Shown here piece by piece: positions 1 through 10,355 of a DNA stretch of 64,000 nucleotides. The notes under the pieces are model-generated. The model searched no databases. It was not told the DNA's origin and saw only the letters and a program-made list of their open reading frames with translations. The number at the start of each line of letters is the position of its first letter. The first letter of the stretch is position 1. Position numbers and translations under genes: made by a program. This DNA is from an uncultured Enterobacteriaceae bacterium. GTDB taxonomy: Bacteria; Myxococcota_A; UBA796; GCA-2862545. The stretch spans positions 7,971-71,970 of the forward strand of contig CAYNFK010000006.1 in the NCBI GenBank assembly GCA_964396405.1, in the 5' to 3' direction.

Positions 1-2032
1 CATCCACAAACAGCCGCCAGACCTTGCCCAGGAACCGGTAGACGCCCTCGACCCCCGAGGTCTGCCAGGGCTTGACCTGCTCCAGCGGGCCCATGAACAT
101 CTCGTAGAGGCGGAGCGCATCGGCGCCGTAGCGGTCGACCACCTCCATCGGGTCCACCACGTTCTTCTTCGACTTGGACATCTTCTCGATCTGGGTGCTC
201 ACCGGCGTCTCGGTGCCCTTCACGAACCAGACGTCGCCACGCTGCTCGACCTCGGAGGGGTGGTAGTGCTTGCCGGCTGCATCCGTGTAGCTGAACGCCA
301 GGATCATGCCCTGGTTGAACAGCTTCTGGAACGGCTCCTTGGTGTGCACGAGGCCGCAGTCGAACAGCACCTTGTGCCAGAAGCGGGCGTAGAGCAGGTG
401 CAGCACCGCGTGCTCGATGCCGCCGATGTAGAGGTCGACCGGACCCCAGAACTTCTCTTTGCCCGGGTCGAAGGGCAGCGTGGTGTTGTGGGGGTCCATG
501 TAGCGCAGGTAGTACCAGCAGCTCCCCGCCCACTGCGGCATCGTGTTGAGCTCGCGGGTGGCGGGCTGCCCGTTCACCGTGGTGTGCAGCCAGCTCGCAT
601 CGGCACGACCCAGGGGCGGCAGGCCCTCGGCGGTGGGCTTGAACGCCTCCACATGGGGCAGCTCCACCGGCAGTGCGTCGTAGCCCAGCGGGATCACCTC
701 GCCGTCTTCGGTGTGCACCACGGGGAAGGGCTCGCCCCAGTAGCGCTGGCGCGAGAAGAGCCAGTCTCGGAGCTTGTAGTTGACCTGGCCGACGCCGGAG
801 CCGCGCCCTTCGAGCCAGGTGGTGATGGTGCGCTTGGCGTCTTCGACGCCCAGGCCGTTGAGCAGGCCCGAGTTCACGGCCACACCGTCGCCCGCCCAGG
901 CCTCAGCCTGCACGTCGAAGCCTTCCGGCGCCGACACCACCTGCACGATCGGCAGGCCAAAGGTCTTCGAGAACGCGTGGTCGCGCTCGTCGTGGGCGGG
1001 CACGGCCATGATCGCGCCGGTGCCGTAGGTGGCGAGCACGTAGTCGGCGATCCAGATCGGCACGGCCTCGCCGCTGACCGGGTTGATCGCGTAGGCCCCC
1101 GTGAACACACCGGTCTTCTCCTTCTCGCTCCCCTTCTGGCGGTCGAGATCGGAGCGGTTGCGGGCGGTGCTCACGTAGGCCGCGACGGCCTCACGCTGGG
1201 CCGGCGTGGTGATCGCATCCACCAGGGCATGCTCGGGCGCGAGCACACAGTAGGTGGCCCCGAACAGGGTGTCGGGGCGGGTGGTGAACACCGTGAACTG
1301 GGCTTCGTGGCCCTGCACCGCGAAGTGCACCTCGGCGCCCTCGGAGCGCCCGATCCACTGCCGCTGCATCTCCTTGACGTGCTCGGGCCAGTCGACGCCT
1401 TCGAGGTCCTCGTGCAGCCGGTCGGCGTACGCCGTGATCTTCAGCATCCACTGCTTCATCAGGCGACGCTCAACCGGATCGCCGGTCTCCACGTACTTGC
1501 CGTCGACCACCTCTTCGTTGGCCAGCACGGTGCCCTGCGCGGGGCACCAGTTCACCGCTACGTCGGCCAAGTAGGCCAGGCCGCGCTCGTGCAGCTTGAG
1601 GAAGATCCACTGCGTCCACCGGTAGTAGTCGACCTCGCAGGTGCTCACCTCGCGGTCCCAGTCGTACGAGAAGCCCAAGCGCAGCGTCTGGTGCTTGAAG
1701 TTCGCGATGTACTCGCGGGTGATCTCGGCCGGGTGACGGCCCTCGCGCACGGCAGCGCGCTCGGCGGGCAGGCCGAAGCTGTCCCAGCCGATGGGGTTGA
1801 GCACCGCGAAGCCCTTCATGCGCTTGTAGCGGGCGACGATGTCGACCGCCGTGTAGGACTCAGGGTGGCCCACGTGCAGGCCTGCGCCCGACGGGTACGG
1901 GAACATGCAGAGCACGTAGTACTTGGGCTTGCTGGGATCCTCGACCGCTGCGAACGTGCGGTGTTCGGCCCAGTGGGCCTGCCAGCGGGGCTCAAACGAG
2001 GCGGGATCGAAGGCGTGCGGTCGGGTGCTCAC
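1..2032 (-). CDS. leuS: leucine--tRNA ligase, N-terminal ~677 aa (C-terminus lies left of the window)
   Basis: Own minus-strand translation from GTG at 2030-2032: [45 protein letters not shown] (HIGH-type motif). MSKSKK (KMSKS motif) is encoded at about 164-181, in frame. It is absent from the ORF track because it runs off the window. The 260..2047 + ORF is its antisense shadow. Confidence 0.95.
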   Translation of the reverse strand, partial: MSTRPHAFDPASFEPRWQAHWAEHRTFAAVEDPSKPKYYVLCMFPYPSGAGLHVGHPESYTAVDIVARYKRMKGFAVLNPIGWDSFGLPAERAAVREGRHPAEITREYIANFKHQTLRLGFSYDWDREVSTCEVDYYRWTQWIFLKLHERGLAYLADVAVNWCPAQGTVLANEEVVDGKYVETGDPVERRLMKQWMLKITAYADRLHEDLEGVDWPEHVKEMQRQWIGRSEGAEVHFAVQGHEAQFTVFTTRPDTLFGATYCVLAPEHALVDAITTPAQREAVAAYVSTARNRSDLDRQKGSEKEKTGVFTGAYAINPVSGEAVPIWIADYVLATYGTGAIMAVPAHDERDHAFSKTFGLPIVQVVSAPEGFDVQAEAWAGDGVAVNSGLLNGLGVEDAKRTITTWLEGRGSGVGQVNYKLRDWLFSRQRYWGEPFPVVHTEDGEVIPLGYDALPVELPHVEAFKPTAEGLPPLGRADASWLHTTVNGQPATRELNTMPQWAGSCWYYLRYMDPHNTTLPFDPGKEKFWGPVDLYIGGIEHAVLHLLYARFWHKVLFDCGLVHTKEPFQKLFNQGMILAFSYTDAAGKHYHPSEVEQRGDVWFVKGTETPVSTQIEKMSKSKKNVVDPMEVVDRYGADALRLYEMFMGPLEQVKPWQTSGVEGVYRFLGKVWRLFVD

Positions 2033-2127
2033 GGTATGGCTCCGTAGGGGAGCGCGGTCGTAACCTGACAGGGTCGCGTGGCCCCACCTCGTCGCGCGAG
2101 CCCTGGGCAGACGATAGACGGCCCCCC

Positions 2128-2427
2128 ATGCGCCTCCCGACCCTCCTGCTGCTCTGCGCCTGTGGTTCCACGCCGGCGTCGTTCCAGACCGACTACGCCA
2201 CCCGCAGCTGCGAGGTGCTCGACGAGCAGTGCCGGCCCGAACAGCTCCCGGAGCTGTGCCGCAGCATTGGCATCGCACCGCTCGCTGAGCCTGTCACTGC
2301 CTGCACGTTCGACACCCTCACGGCCGATGCCTGCCTCAACGGCGCGTGGTCCTGCGGGGAAGACGGCGAGGTGGTGCCACCCGCCGCGTGCGCGCGCGTC
2401 TGGACCTGCCCCGAACAAGATGGGTGA
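2128..2427 (+). CDS. small Cys-rich putative lipoprotein
   Basis: The N-terminus [14 protein letters not shown] is lipobox-like. The mature part has 8+ Cys. The stop overlaps the next ATG (ATGGGTGA). Confidence 0.5.
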   Translation: MRLPTLLLLCACGSTPASFQTDYATRSCEVLDEQCRPEQLPELCRSIGIAPLAEPVTACTFDTLTADACLNGAWSCGEDGEVVPPAACARVWTCPEQDG

Positions 2428-3454
2428 ACCGCCTCCGAGCGCCAAACGGCCCTATCGACCCGGCCGGGTCTGGGCCGAGCGCGTGGGCAAGCTCACGGTG
2501 ATGGTCGCGCTCTTCGTGTGCACCGGCGAGCTGGCGATTCGGTGGCTGCGTCCGTCGCCGAGCGTCTTGGTGGTGCGTCCCAGCGGCATCCTGGCCAATG
2601 TAGCGAAGAACTTCGCCGTGGTGGATGGCCATCCGATCTGGGCGGATCGAGACACCGAGACGAGGCTGAATCCACCCTGCGCGCCCGACGCGCCCGAGGT
2701 GTGGTTGGTCGGTGACTCGATCTTCTTTGGCGTAGGACTGGAGCCCTCCGCTTCGCCAGGCGCCCAGCTTCAGCTCCTTCTCGACCGCGCCGGCGCTGCA
2801 GCTTGTGTGCGAAACCTCTCCCAGCCCGGATACGGCGGGGCCGCCCGCCATCGGGCCTTCCTGGCCGAGCTGGAGCGGCGTCGCCAGCCCGACGTTGTGG
2901 TGATCGAGAGCTGGGAGAGCGACCCCATGACCCTCACACGCTTGGACGACGCGTGGTACGCGCTCGCGGATGTGCGCACCGACGCGTCGGGCTGGCCGGC
3001 GCCGCCTGTTTCCGTCCCCACCTGGGCTCACATCCTCGCGTTCCGTCACTCCCGGCTCTGGTGGTATGCAACGCTCACGGCGCAAGTCAGCGATCCCGAC
3101 GCGATGACTGAGGCCCGAGCCACCTACCGCAAGCAGCACTACGTCCCGATGATTCGGCAGGCGCAGGCCCTGGGCGCTCGGGTGGTCACGTTCGTGATGC
3201 CACGACTCGACCGGCCCTTCGCTGCATCGGTGTCGTCCAGCTGGGAAGCCACCGACGAGCGCGCCTTGCTGCGTGAGGCCAGCGCCGACCTCGGCGTGCC
3301 CGTGATCGCGATCGCCGACCGTCTCGTCGACGAGGACGTGACCGAGCTTCGGCAGGACACCTGCTGCCATGTGTCTCCAGCGGGCGCCGAGGCCTACGCA
3401 CGCGCCATGCTGCCCGAGGTGCTGGCAGGGCTTCAGCGGACCGCGCCGCGGTAG
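2420..3454 (+). CDS. SGNH/GDSL-family hydrolase, membrane anchored
   Basis: Internal ATG of ORF 2078..3454. There is a TM segment (LTVMVALFVCTG), a GDS block (WLVGDSIFFG) and a C-terminal DxxH-like block (DTCCHVSPAG). Confidence 0.7.
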   Translation: MGEPPPSAKRPYRPGRVWAERVGKLTVMVALFVCTGELAIRWLRPSPSVLVVRPSGILANVAKNFAVVDGHPIWADRDTETRLNPPCAPDAPEVWLVGDSIFFGVGLEPSASPGAQLQLLLDRAGAAACVRNLSQPGYGGAARHRAFLAELERRRQPDVVVIESWESDPMTLTRLDDAWYALADVRTDASGWPAPPVSVPTWAHILAFRHSRLWWYATLTAQVSDPDAMTEARATYRKQHYVPMIRQAQALGARVVTFVMPRLDRPFAASVSSSWEATDERALLREASADLGVPVIAIADRLVDEDVTELRQDTCCHVSPAGAEAYARAMLPEVLAGLQRTAPR

Positions 3455-3457
3455 CGG

Positions 3458-4939
3458 CTACGGGCAGTCCCACACGGTGTACGCAGGAGACTCGAGCCGC
3501 GCCGTGCAGCCCTCTCCGAGCGTGGCGGGGCGGTTGCGGTCGAAGGCCACGAGCAGCGCTGGACCTGCAGGCCGGGCATCGACCCCGCGCCACGTGAGAT
3601 CGCCGTGTGCGTAGCAGGCCCGCTCGTTGTTGCAGACGCCCAGGTGGTCGTAGGCCGAAGGCGCCTGCCCTGACGCCTGGGTCCACAACCACCCGGCCGC
3701 GTAGGCCGGGAACACCAAGACGGGCCGGCCCTGCGACCAAGACGCTGCGTGGTCCAAGAAGTGCGGCATCGCCTCCCGATCCGCGAGCTGACCCAGCACC
3801 AGCCGCTGCGCACCCGCCCAGCCGGGCAGCACCAGCGCGAGCAGCAGCCCCCAGGTCGGGAGGCGCAGCCACGCCCGGGTGAGCAGCGCCGGCACCGACA
3901 CCAGCAGCGGGAGCAAGAACACAGCCAGCTGGCTCGCGGCGTGCGGTCGCACGTACTGCCCTTGGGCCGCCAACCCAAACGCCAGCAGCGTCGACGCAGC
4001 TCCCACCCCTGCCACCTGTCGGGCCGTCGACTGCCACCGCAGGGTGACGAGGTGCAGCAGCAGCACACCGAGCACCAGGCCGCCCAACCACACCTGGGCG
4101 CGCGGGGGTTCCCCGCCCAGCGCTCGGGTGAGCGCGCCTGCGTTCTTCACCAACCACGGAGGGGCCTGGAGGCCCAGCGAAGCGAGGCGCAGCACGGTGT
4201 CGAGCGGACCATCCGGCGACGGCACCCGGCGACCCGAGCCCATCAGCACCCGGTCCAGCCACGGCACGAGCACCAGCACCGCCGGTGCGCCCACGACAAG
4301 AGGGAGCCGCCACGAGCGCGTGCGCACCGCACCGAGGCCCAGCAGCGCCGCGAGCGGCACCACCGCCACGTAGTGCAGCTGAACCCAGAGCGCGCCGAGC
4401 AGTGCCACCCCCAGCCAGCGGCCACGCCCCCCCTGTTCGAGCGCTGGCACCAGCACCCTCTGCAGGCCCAGGCCCACCAGCAGGAAGGCCGCGTAGGACC
4501 GGTGCAGCGTGGAGACATCGAGCAGCACAGGCAGGAGCGCCAGCCCGAGGCCCGTGAGCAGGCCCGCCACCGGGCCACCGAGGCGACGCCCCACCCCCAC
4601 GCCCGACGCCACAGCGACCGTGCCCGACACGATCGCCACAGCCCGTCCCAGCGTGATCGCGCCCACCCCTGGACCCCCGAGCCAGCCCAAGAAGCGCCAC
4701 AGCGGCGGGTTCACCGCGTTCTCGGGATCGAGGACCAGCGCCCACAGGCCACCGGCCTGCAGGTTGCCGATCTCATCGGGCGTGAGGCCCGCGTCCCACC
4801 ATGGCACCCGCATCGCCAGCGCGAGCAACACGAGCGCGACCGTGAGGATCGCGGTGGCGACAGGCTCGCGGGTCAGAAGGTCTCCGTCACCACGTCGGAC
4901 ACGCGGCAGGAGGCTGCATCCACCGCCACAAAGCGCCAC
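3458..4939 (-). CDS. polytopic GT-C-type (ArnT/PMT-like, GT39/83-like) membrane glycosyltransferase
   Basis: About 12 hydrophobic segments. A DE motif follows the first TM segment (WWDAGLTPDEIGN). It sits next to a GT2 polyprenyl-phosphate glycosyltransferase-like gene. The start is uncertain; a CTG at 4876 would overlap the upstream stop. Confidence 0.65.
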   Translation of the reverse strand: MALCGGGCSLLPRVRRGDGDLLTREPVATAILTVALVLLALAMRVPWWDAGLTPDEIGNLQAGGLWALVLDPENAVNPPLWRFLGWLGGPGVGAITLGRAVAIVSGTVAVASGVGVGRRLGGPVAGLLTGLGLALLPVLLDVSTLHRSYAAFLLVGLGLQRVLVPALEQGGRGRWLGVALLGALWVQLHYVAVVPLAALLGLGAVRTRSWRLPLVVGAPAVLVLVPWLDRVLMGSGRRVPSPDGPLDTVLRLASLGLQAPPWLVKNAGALTRALGGEPPRAQVWLGGLVLGVLLLHLVTLRWQSTARQVAGVGAASTLLAFGLAAQGQYVRPHAASQLAVFLLPLLVSVPALLTRAWLRLPTWGLLLALVLPGWAGAQRLVLGQLADREAMPHFLDHAASWSQGRPVLVFPAYAAGWLWTQASGQAPSAYDHLGVCNNERACYAHGDLTWRGVDARPAGPALLVAFDRNRPATLGEGCTARLESPAYTVWDCP

Positions 4940-7101
4940 GACGTGCCCGCGAGGCTCGGAGGCGGCCGTCCGGTGCGTGTGGCCACCGTATCCTCACCCA
5001 CCACCGCTACGGCGAGCACGACAGCGCCCTTCAGCGGCATCGACGCCGTGGGGCATCCCGGCACGGAGACGAGGCCCTGACGCCGGGCTGCATACCAAGT
5101 GATCGAGCCGCCAGGCGTGGCCCCCTGCACCCGCAGCGTGTTGGTGACGCCCGCCGTGCCCGGCGTGATCGGCGACAGGACGAAGTCGCCAAGCTGACAG
5201 GTGGCGGTGCAGCCGTCCCCATCGATCGCGCCGCCGTCGTCGCAGACCTCGCCGCCCTCCACCGTGCTGTTGCCGCAGGTGGCCGCGCAGTCGGGCGTGC
5301 CATCGCTGTTGAGGTCGACATCGGGCGCGCCGCAGCCGCAGTCGCCGGGCTCCACCTTGTCGGGGTCGGCAGGACAGCTGTCGTCGCAGTCCTTCGTGCC
5401 GTCGCCGTCGCCATCGGTGTCGGCGGTTCCGCACCCGCACACGCCCGGTACCACCTTGGCGGGATCGGAGGGACAGGCGTCGCTGGCGTCCGGAGTGCCA
5501 TCACCATCCCCATCGGGAGCGGGTCCACCCCCACACGCGCTCGATGGGGTGAGGCGGACGGCATCGGCCACCACGTAGGCGCCGGCGGCCGTCCAACGCG
5601 ACAGCAGCACCTCGTTCCAGCCGGCGGGAAAGCGCCAGGTGCCCAAGCGGTTCCACTGGCTGCCCAGCGCGCGCTGGTCCACCGAGGCACGGCCCAGCTC
5701 GGTGCCCGACGGATTCAGGGCCACGTAGGTGGCCGCGGGCGCGCGGTCGCTGGCCGACGTCCACCAGGCTTCGACGTCGTAGCAGGTGGAGGCCGCGTTG
5801 AGGAACCGAAAGTGCGCGGCGTCGCTCACCGCCTCGGTGGGGGCCACGAGGTAGCCGGTAGACCAGAAGCCGCCGACGTTGGTGCTGCTGACCCAGTTGG
5901 CCGAGGCCGTGATCTCGGCGGTGGCCGTGTCGTTGGAGGCGTTGTTGCTGTCGATCACGCGCTGACCGGGCACGGGCGTGGTGCCGCCCCCGCACGCGAC
6001 GTCGACGCGGCTGAGGTAGTCGGTCCAGGGCCAGTTCGCGCCGGGATCGGTGCGGTTCCAGGGCTGGAGCTTGCCGTGCGCCACGATGTGGTAGCGGTCG
6101 CGGGGCACGGTCTGGCGCTGGGTGATGCCGCAGGTGAGCTCGGCCGACTTCTGAATCAGCGTGCTGTTCCAGGTGGACTGGCTCGCGTAGCCGGCGTGCT
6201 CGATGCCCACCGAGACGGTGTTCATGCTGGTGCCGTTGCGGTTGCACTCCACGTTGTCGTTGTTGACGCAGTCGTAAGCGGCCGAGATGTGCCAGGCGCG
6301 GTCGGACTCGTTGACGAGCTGGCTGATCTCCGTGCCGGCTTCGTTCACGACGTAGTGCGCGCTCACGCCGGAGGCGCTGTTGACCAGCCAGCCCCAGCAG
6401 CCTGAGTACACGCCTTCGCAGGTGTGGATGATCACGAAGTCGACGTTGCTGCCGCTGCGGCTGTTGAAGTTGGGCGAAGGTCGCCACACGGCGTTCGACG
6501 CGTCCAGGCCCACCCGATCCACCACGGCCGGGAGCGGAAAGAGCGCGTCGGCGTCGTGCTTGCCGAGGCTTGCGCCTTCCAGGATCGCGCCGGTGTGCAG
6601 GCGCGCGTACACCGCGTCGTGCACGTAGCTGGACCGCACCTCGGCATCGGTCTCGCCCGTGTAGTCCGCCACCACCGGGGCCCACTCGCCGAGGGAGGCC
6701 GGCTGCAGGCCCAGAACGGCCGCACGATCCGCCAGCCACGATGCTGCGGCAAGCACGTTGCTGTCGAGGTCGTGCTGCACCAGCTCCGGATCGAGCCCAG
6801 CCAGCGCCGCCGCCTCCTCCAGCGCACCTGTCCGTAGGCCCATCACGCCATAGGCACGCGGACGCCCCGGGAACTCCTCCTCGCCCACCACCATCTGCAT
6901 GCCGGTCTCAGCGAGCGCGATCGCCACCAGCAAAGACGCCGGCACGCCGGTCGCCTGCTCGGCCTCGTCGTACGGCGCGAGTGCGTCCCGGCCGGGCCGC
7001 TCGCCCACAGACACGTCCTCACCGACCGCACCTTGGGAGGGCACGTCAGCGCACGCGCTGAGCAGCATCCCCGCTCCTGCAACCCACCAACCCCACCGCA
7101 T
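4873..7101 (-). CDS. multidomain cell-wall hydrolase lipoprotein: SLT-like + N-acetylmuramoyl-L-alanine amidase (Amidase_2) + carbohydrate-binding-like domain + Cys-rich/TSP3-like repeats
   Basis: Start taken at MRWGWWVAGAGMLLSAC (lipobox). IALAETGMQ..AYGVMGL is SLT-like. FVIIHTCEG..AHYVV..WHI..SVGIEHAG..IVAHG is the amidase_2 pattern. The C-terminus carries DGDGDGT..CP.DP repeats and CGNSTVEGGEVCDDGGAIDGDGCTATC, a myxococcal Cys-rich repeat. Confidence 0.85.
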   Translation of the reverse strand: MRWGWWVAGAGMLLSACADVPSQGAVGEDVSVGERPGRDALAPYDEAEQATGVPASLLVAIALAETGMQMVVGEEEFPGRPRAYGVMGLRTGALEEAAALAGLDPELVQHDLDSNVLAAASWLADRAAVLGLQPASLGEWAPVVADYTGETDAEVRSSYVHDAVYARLHTGAILEGASLGKHDADALFPLPAVVDRVGLDASNAVWRPSPNFNSRSGSNVDFVIIHTCEGVYSGCWGWLVNSASGVSAHYVVNEAGTEISQLVNESDRAWHISAAYDCVNNDNVECNRNGTSMNTVSVGIEHAGYASQSTWNSTLIQKSAELTCGITQRQTVPRDRYHIVAHGKLQPWNRTDPGANWPWTDYLSRVDVACGGGTTPVPGQRVIDSNNASNDTATAEITASANWVSSTNVGGFWSTGYLVAPTEAVSDAAHFRFLNAASTCYDVEAWWTSASDRAPAATYVALNPSGTELGRASVDQRALGSQWNRLGTWRFPAGWNEVLLSRWTAAGAYVVADAVRLTPSSACGGGPAPDGDGDGTPDASDACPSDPAKVVPGVCGCGTADTDGDGDGTKDCDDSCPADPDKVEPGDCGCGAPDVDLNSDGTPDCAATCGNSTVEGGEVCDDGGAIDGDGCTATCQLGDFVLSPITPGTAGVTNTLRVQGATPGGSITWYAARRQGLVSVPGCPTASMPLKGAVVLAVAVVGEDTVATRTGRPPPSLAGTSWRFVAVDAASCRVSDVVTETF

Positions 7102-7153
7102 GCGCGCCTCGGCCCTTGAGAGGCCATGATACCCCAGCCACCGAGGACCCCCC

Positions 7154-7942
7154 ATGGCCGTCGACACCGTGCTGGTGGTTCCCTGCTACGACGAGGCCGC
7201 GCGTCTCGACGTCGACGCCTTCGAGGCGTGGTGCGATCTCCACCACGACGTGCGCTTCCTGTTCGTGGACGACGGCTCCCGCGACGGCACGGCCACCCTG
7301 CTCACCACCCTGGCCGCGCGTCGACCGGACCGGTTCCAGGCGCTGATCCTTCCCAAGAACCAAGGCAAGGCTGAGGCCGTGCGCGTGGGCATCTCCACGG
7401 CGCTGTCGGACGACACGGTGGCGGTGGTCGGCTTCTGGGACGCGGACCTCGCCACCCCGCTCGACCACATCCCGCTGCTCCTCTCGGTGCTGCGGAGCCA
7501 GCCGCAGGTGGAGGTGGTGCTGGGCTCGCGGGTGCGTCTGCTGGGGCGCACCATCGAGCGGCCGGCCCTGCGGCACTACTTCGGTCGGGTGGCGGCGGGT
7601 GCGGCTTCCTTCTTGCTGGGCATGCCGGTGTACGACACCCAGTGCGGGGCGAAGCTGTTTCGCCGCACGCCCACGATCTCCGAGCTGTTTGCGGAGCCCT
7701 ACAGCACGCGCTGGGCCTTCGACGTGGAGATCCTCGCGCGCTGGCTCGGCACCCACCCCGCGGTCACCGTGTCGCAGATGGGCACCTACCTGGTGGAGGT
7801 GCCGCTGCGGGTGTGGCGCGATGTGGACGGCAGCAAGGTGCGCCTGTGGCACATGCTGGAAGCGCCTTGGGATCTGCTACGGATCGGGCTGCGCTACAGG
7901 CGGCTGCTCCGCCGCGTCGTCGAGCCCCAGCGCCCGGCGTAA
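7154..7942 (+). CDS. family 2 glycosyltransferase (polyprenyl/dolichyl-phosphate sugar synthase-like)
   Basis: VLVVPCYDEA, FVDDGSRDGT, FWDADLATP (DxD region) and DTQCGAKLF. Confidence 0.85.
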   Translation: MAVDTVLVVPCYDEAARLDVDAFEAWCDLHHDVRFLFVDDGSRDGTATLLTTLAARRPDRFQALILPKNQGKAEAVRVGISTALSDDTVAVVGFWDADLATPLDHIPLLLSVLRSQPQVEVVLGSRVRLLGRTIERPALRHYFGRVAAGAASFLLGMPVYDTQCGAKLFRRTPTISELFAEPYSTRWAFDVEILARWLGTHPAVTVSQMGTYLVEVPLRVWRDVDGSKVRLWHMLEAPWDLLRIGLRYRRLLRRVVEPQRPA

Positions 7943-8404
7943 GCGCGGATCGGTGGGCTCCGCAGGGGGCGCGTCGTCGACCGGGGTGAGCGCGACCTCG
8001 CGCAGCACCTCCTCAAACAGGTCGGCCTCGACGCTCCGCCCGACCGGGCAGGCCACCGAGCGCTTGGGGCCCACCACCATCAGGTGCTCGCCCACGCGAT
8101 CGATCGTCGCGCCCCGCAGAGGCACGGACGCCGTCTCCACGCCGCCATCCCAGCGGGTGAGCTCACCGTCCACCACGAGGCAGCCACTGTGCGCGCCGTC
8201 GTGCGGGTGCCAGATCTGGATCTCCACCCCTTCGGCGACGATGCCGGCGGCCACAAGCTCGTCGAGCGCCTGACGGTCGCGCACCATCAGCGCCACCGAC
8301 CCCACCACACCGAGCAGGCCGAGCACACCGCCGCCGAGCAAGAGGATCGCAAACAGGGCAGCGCCGGGGCCGTAGCCGCGGTCGGGTGGGGCGCGCAGGG
8401 TCAT
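7877..8404 (-). CDS. hypothetical membrane-anchored protein
   Basis: 175-aa ORF with an N-terminal TM segment (ALFAILLLGGGVLGLLGVVGSVALMV). It makes a 66-nt convergent overlap with the GT2 gene. Confidence 0.45.
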   Translation of the reverse strand: MTLRAPPDRGYGPGAALFAILLLGGGVLGLLGVVGSVALMVRDRQALDELVAAGIVAEGVEIQIWHPHDGAHSGCLVVDGELTRWDGGVETASVPLRGATIDRVGEHLMVVGPKRSVACPVGRSVEADLFEEVLREVALTPVDDAPPAEPTDPRLRRALGLDDAAEQPPVAQPDP

Positions 8405-8448
8405 GCTGAGCTGATATCTCTTGTCCGCGCCCCGTCGCGACGGCTAGC

Positions 8449-9354
8449 GTGCGCGCCGGGATGCCCACCATGCTCTGGACCTACCTGCTGCCCATGTCTG
8501 CCCTGGCGGCACCGCCTCCGTCGCACCCCGACGACATCTGGACCGGTGCCGACGTCGCGCCAGTGCCAGCGCCGGAGGAGGAGGCGGAGACCGAGGCCCC
8601 GCCAGCACCCGCGCCCATCGAGCGTCCGCCCGTGGTGGGCTCCGAGGTGGAGCTGCCCGAGCCCCGGCAGCGCAGGCGCCCGGGCGACGATGACGGCGTG
8701 CGCATGCGCTACGAGCTGGGCGTGCGCGCCCGCTACATCAGCGCTCCCAACGGTCTACTCGACCTGTGGTTCACCGACAGTGCGGTGCCCGGATGGCCCA
8801 CCGGTGCGGGCGAGCGCCCCGCCGTGCTCGGCGCGTCGTATGGCCTCGAGTTTCTGTTCTTTCGCGGACGCACCGTGGGCACGATCTACGTGGAGGCCCT
8901 TCAGTCGCTGGTGGGCGAGGGCTACTGGGACGACACCGACAACCCCAACGTCTTCTGGGACGGCGACTGGCTGCGTCCTTCGCCCTTCTTTGGCGGCGTG
9001 ATCGTGGGGGCCAACGGCGCGTACCACGCCCCGATCGTGAAGGCGTCGCAGACCCAAGGCAAGTTCACCCTGGACTTCGTGGTCGGCGGCGGCTTGGGCA
9101 TCGTGGCGGTGGTGGGCGAGATGGAGAAGTGGACCTTCGACCCCACCGTGCTCCCTGCGGGCCGGACCGCCTGGGAGCGCGCGATCTCCGGAGAGCCCTC
9201 CGACTACCCCGCCGACCTCAAGAGCCCAGTGTGGCCCGTGCCCGACTTCGAGCTGGGCCTGAGCTTTGGTTTTGTCGACAAGGGCTGGATTCGCATTGTG
9301 GGCGGACTGCACGGCGGGCTCTCGCTCGGCGGCTCCGCCGGCGGACGCTTCTAG
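8449..9354 (+). CDS. secreted hypothetical protein (possible beta-rich outer-membrane protein)
   Basis: Signal-like N-terminus (MLWTYLLPMSALAAPP), an acidic Pro-rich linker and a Gly/aromatic-rich C-terminal half ending in F. Confidence 0.5.
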   Translation: MRAGMPTMLWTYLLPMSALAAPPPSHPDDIWTGADVAPVPAPEEEAETEAPPAPAPIERPPVVGSEVELPEPRQRRRPGDDDGVRMRYELGVRARYISAPNGLLDLWFTDSAVPGWPTGAGERPAVLGASYGLEFLFFRGRTVGTIYVEALQSLVGEGYWDDTDNPNVFWDGDWLRPSPFFGGVIVGANGAYHAPIVKASQTQGKFTLDFVVGGGLGIVAVVGEMEKWTFDPTVLPAGRTAWERAISGEPSDYPADLKSPVWPVPDFELGLSFGFVDKGWIRIVGGLHGGLSLGGSAGGRF

Positions 9355-9361
9355 CCGTCGC

Positions 9362-9661
9362 TCAGACTGGCGCGGGCAGGCGGATCTGGGGGTCCTTCTT
9401 GCGGCGACGGTAGAGCACCATCGTCTTGCCGATCACCTGCGCCAGCTCGGCGCGGGTGGCCAGCGCGAGGGCCGGCGCAGCCTCTTTGGCCGACACGGGG
9501 CCATCGAGAACCTTCACCTTGATCAGCTCGTGGATCTCGAGCTCCTTGTCGACCTTGTCGACCACGGCGTCGGTGACACCGGCCTGGCCCACCATCACCG
9601 AGACCTGGACGGGGTGCGCCAGGGCGCGAAGATGGGCGCGCTGCTTGCCGGTGAGTGTCAT
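9362..9661 (-). CDS. yhbY: ribosome assembly RNA-binding protein YhbY (CRM domain)
   Basis: LTGKQRAHLRALAHPVQVSVMVGQAGVTDAVVDKVDKELEIHELIKVKV matches the YhbY family pattern. Confidence 0.85.
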   Translation of the reverse strand: MTLTGKQRAHLRALAHPVQVSVMVGQAGVTDAVVDKVDKELEIHELIKVKVLDGPVSAKEAAPALALATRAELAQVIGKTMVLYRRRKKDPQIRLPAPV

Positions 9662-9710
9662 GAGAGCCTCCGAGGTGGGCCCGGGCTAACGCCGCCGACA
9701 GGATGGAGCG

Positions 9711-10355
9711 ATGAAGCCCGACCGAGCCCGCCGACTGTCCGACGTCGCCGCCGCCCGGCTGGGCTGGGTGGAGTGTGCGCTGGAGCACGTCCACCACCGC
9801 CACAATGCCTCAGCGATGCTGCGCACGGCCGACGCGCTCGGGGTGCACCGGGTGCACATGGTGGGCGACCGCGCGTTTCGTGCCTCGGTGGGTCCAGCGC
9901 GCGGAGCCGATCGCTGGCTTGACCTGCACGCGCACGCTGACACAGCCTCGGCGATCGCGGACCTGCACGCACGAGGCGTGGCGCTGTGGGTGGCCGACCT
10001 CGACGCCGACGCGGTCGCCCCCGAGGATCTGCCGCTCGATCAGCCGGTGTGCTTGTGGTTCGGTGCGGAGGTGCTGGGCGTCGACCCGATCGCGCGAGCG
10101 GCTGCCGCCGGCGTGGTGGGGCTGCGCATGCACGGGTTCGCGCAGTCGCTCAACGTGTCGGTGGCGGCGGGGATGGTGCTGCACACCGTGACCGAGCGCG
10201 CACGTCGACGCGGCCGGTCGGTGTTGCTGTCGGCGGAGGAGCAGGCGCACGCTGTGGCCGCTTGGACGGCTCGCGACCTGACGGAAGAAGCCGACGCGAC
10301 CCGCGAGGTGAAGCGTCAGCGTGGCCTGAGCCGCGCGCTACGGGACGACGGGTAG
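9711..10355 (+). CDS. SpoU/TrmH-family RNA 2'-O-methyltransferase
   Basis: The three SpoU motifs are present: NASAMLRTADALG, LWFGAEVLGV and FAQSLNVSVAAGMVLH. Confidence 0.8.
   Translation: MKPDRARRLSDVAAARLGWVECALEHVHHRHNASAMLRTADALGVHRVHMVGDRAFRASVGPARGADRWLDLHAHADTASAIADLHARGVALWVADLDADAVAPEDLPLDQPVCLWFGAEVLGVDPIARAAAAGVVGLRMHGFAQSLNVSVAAGMVLHTVTERARRRGRSVLLSAEEQAHAVAAWTARDLTEEADATREVKRQRGLSRALRDDG

Noticed and set aside
260-2047. A 595-aa plus-strand ORF covering the first 2 kb.
   Set aside because: It is the antisense shadow of leuS. The product is Arg/Gly/Val/His-rich with no motifs, while the minus strand gives an unmistakable LeuRS with HIGH and KMSKS motifs.
3186-4745. A 519-aa minus-strand ORF, plus several 100-440-aa ORFs, overlapping the GT-C gene.
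   Set aside because: Their Arg/Ala/Gly/Pro-dominated composition is typical of off-frame translation in GC-rich DNA. The frame at 3458..4939 gives a coherent polytopic membrane protein.
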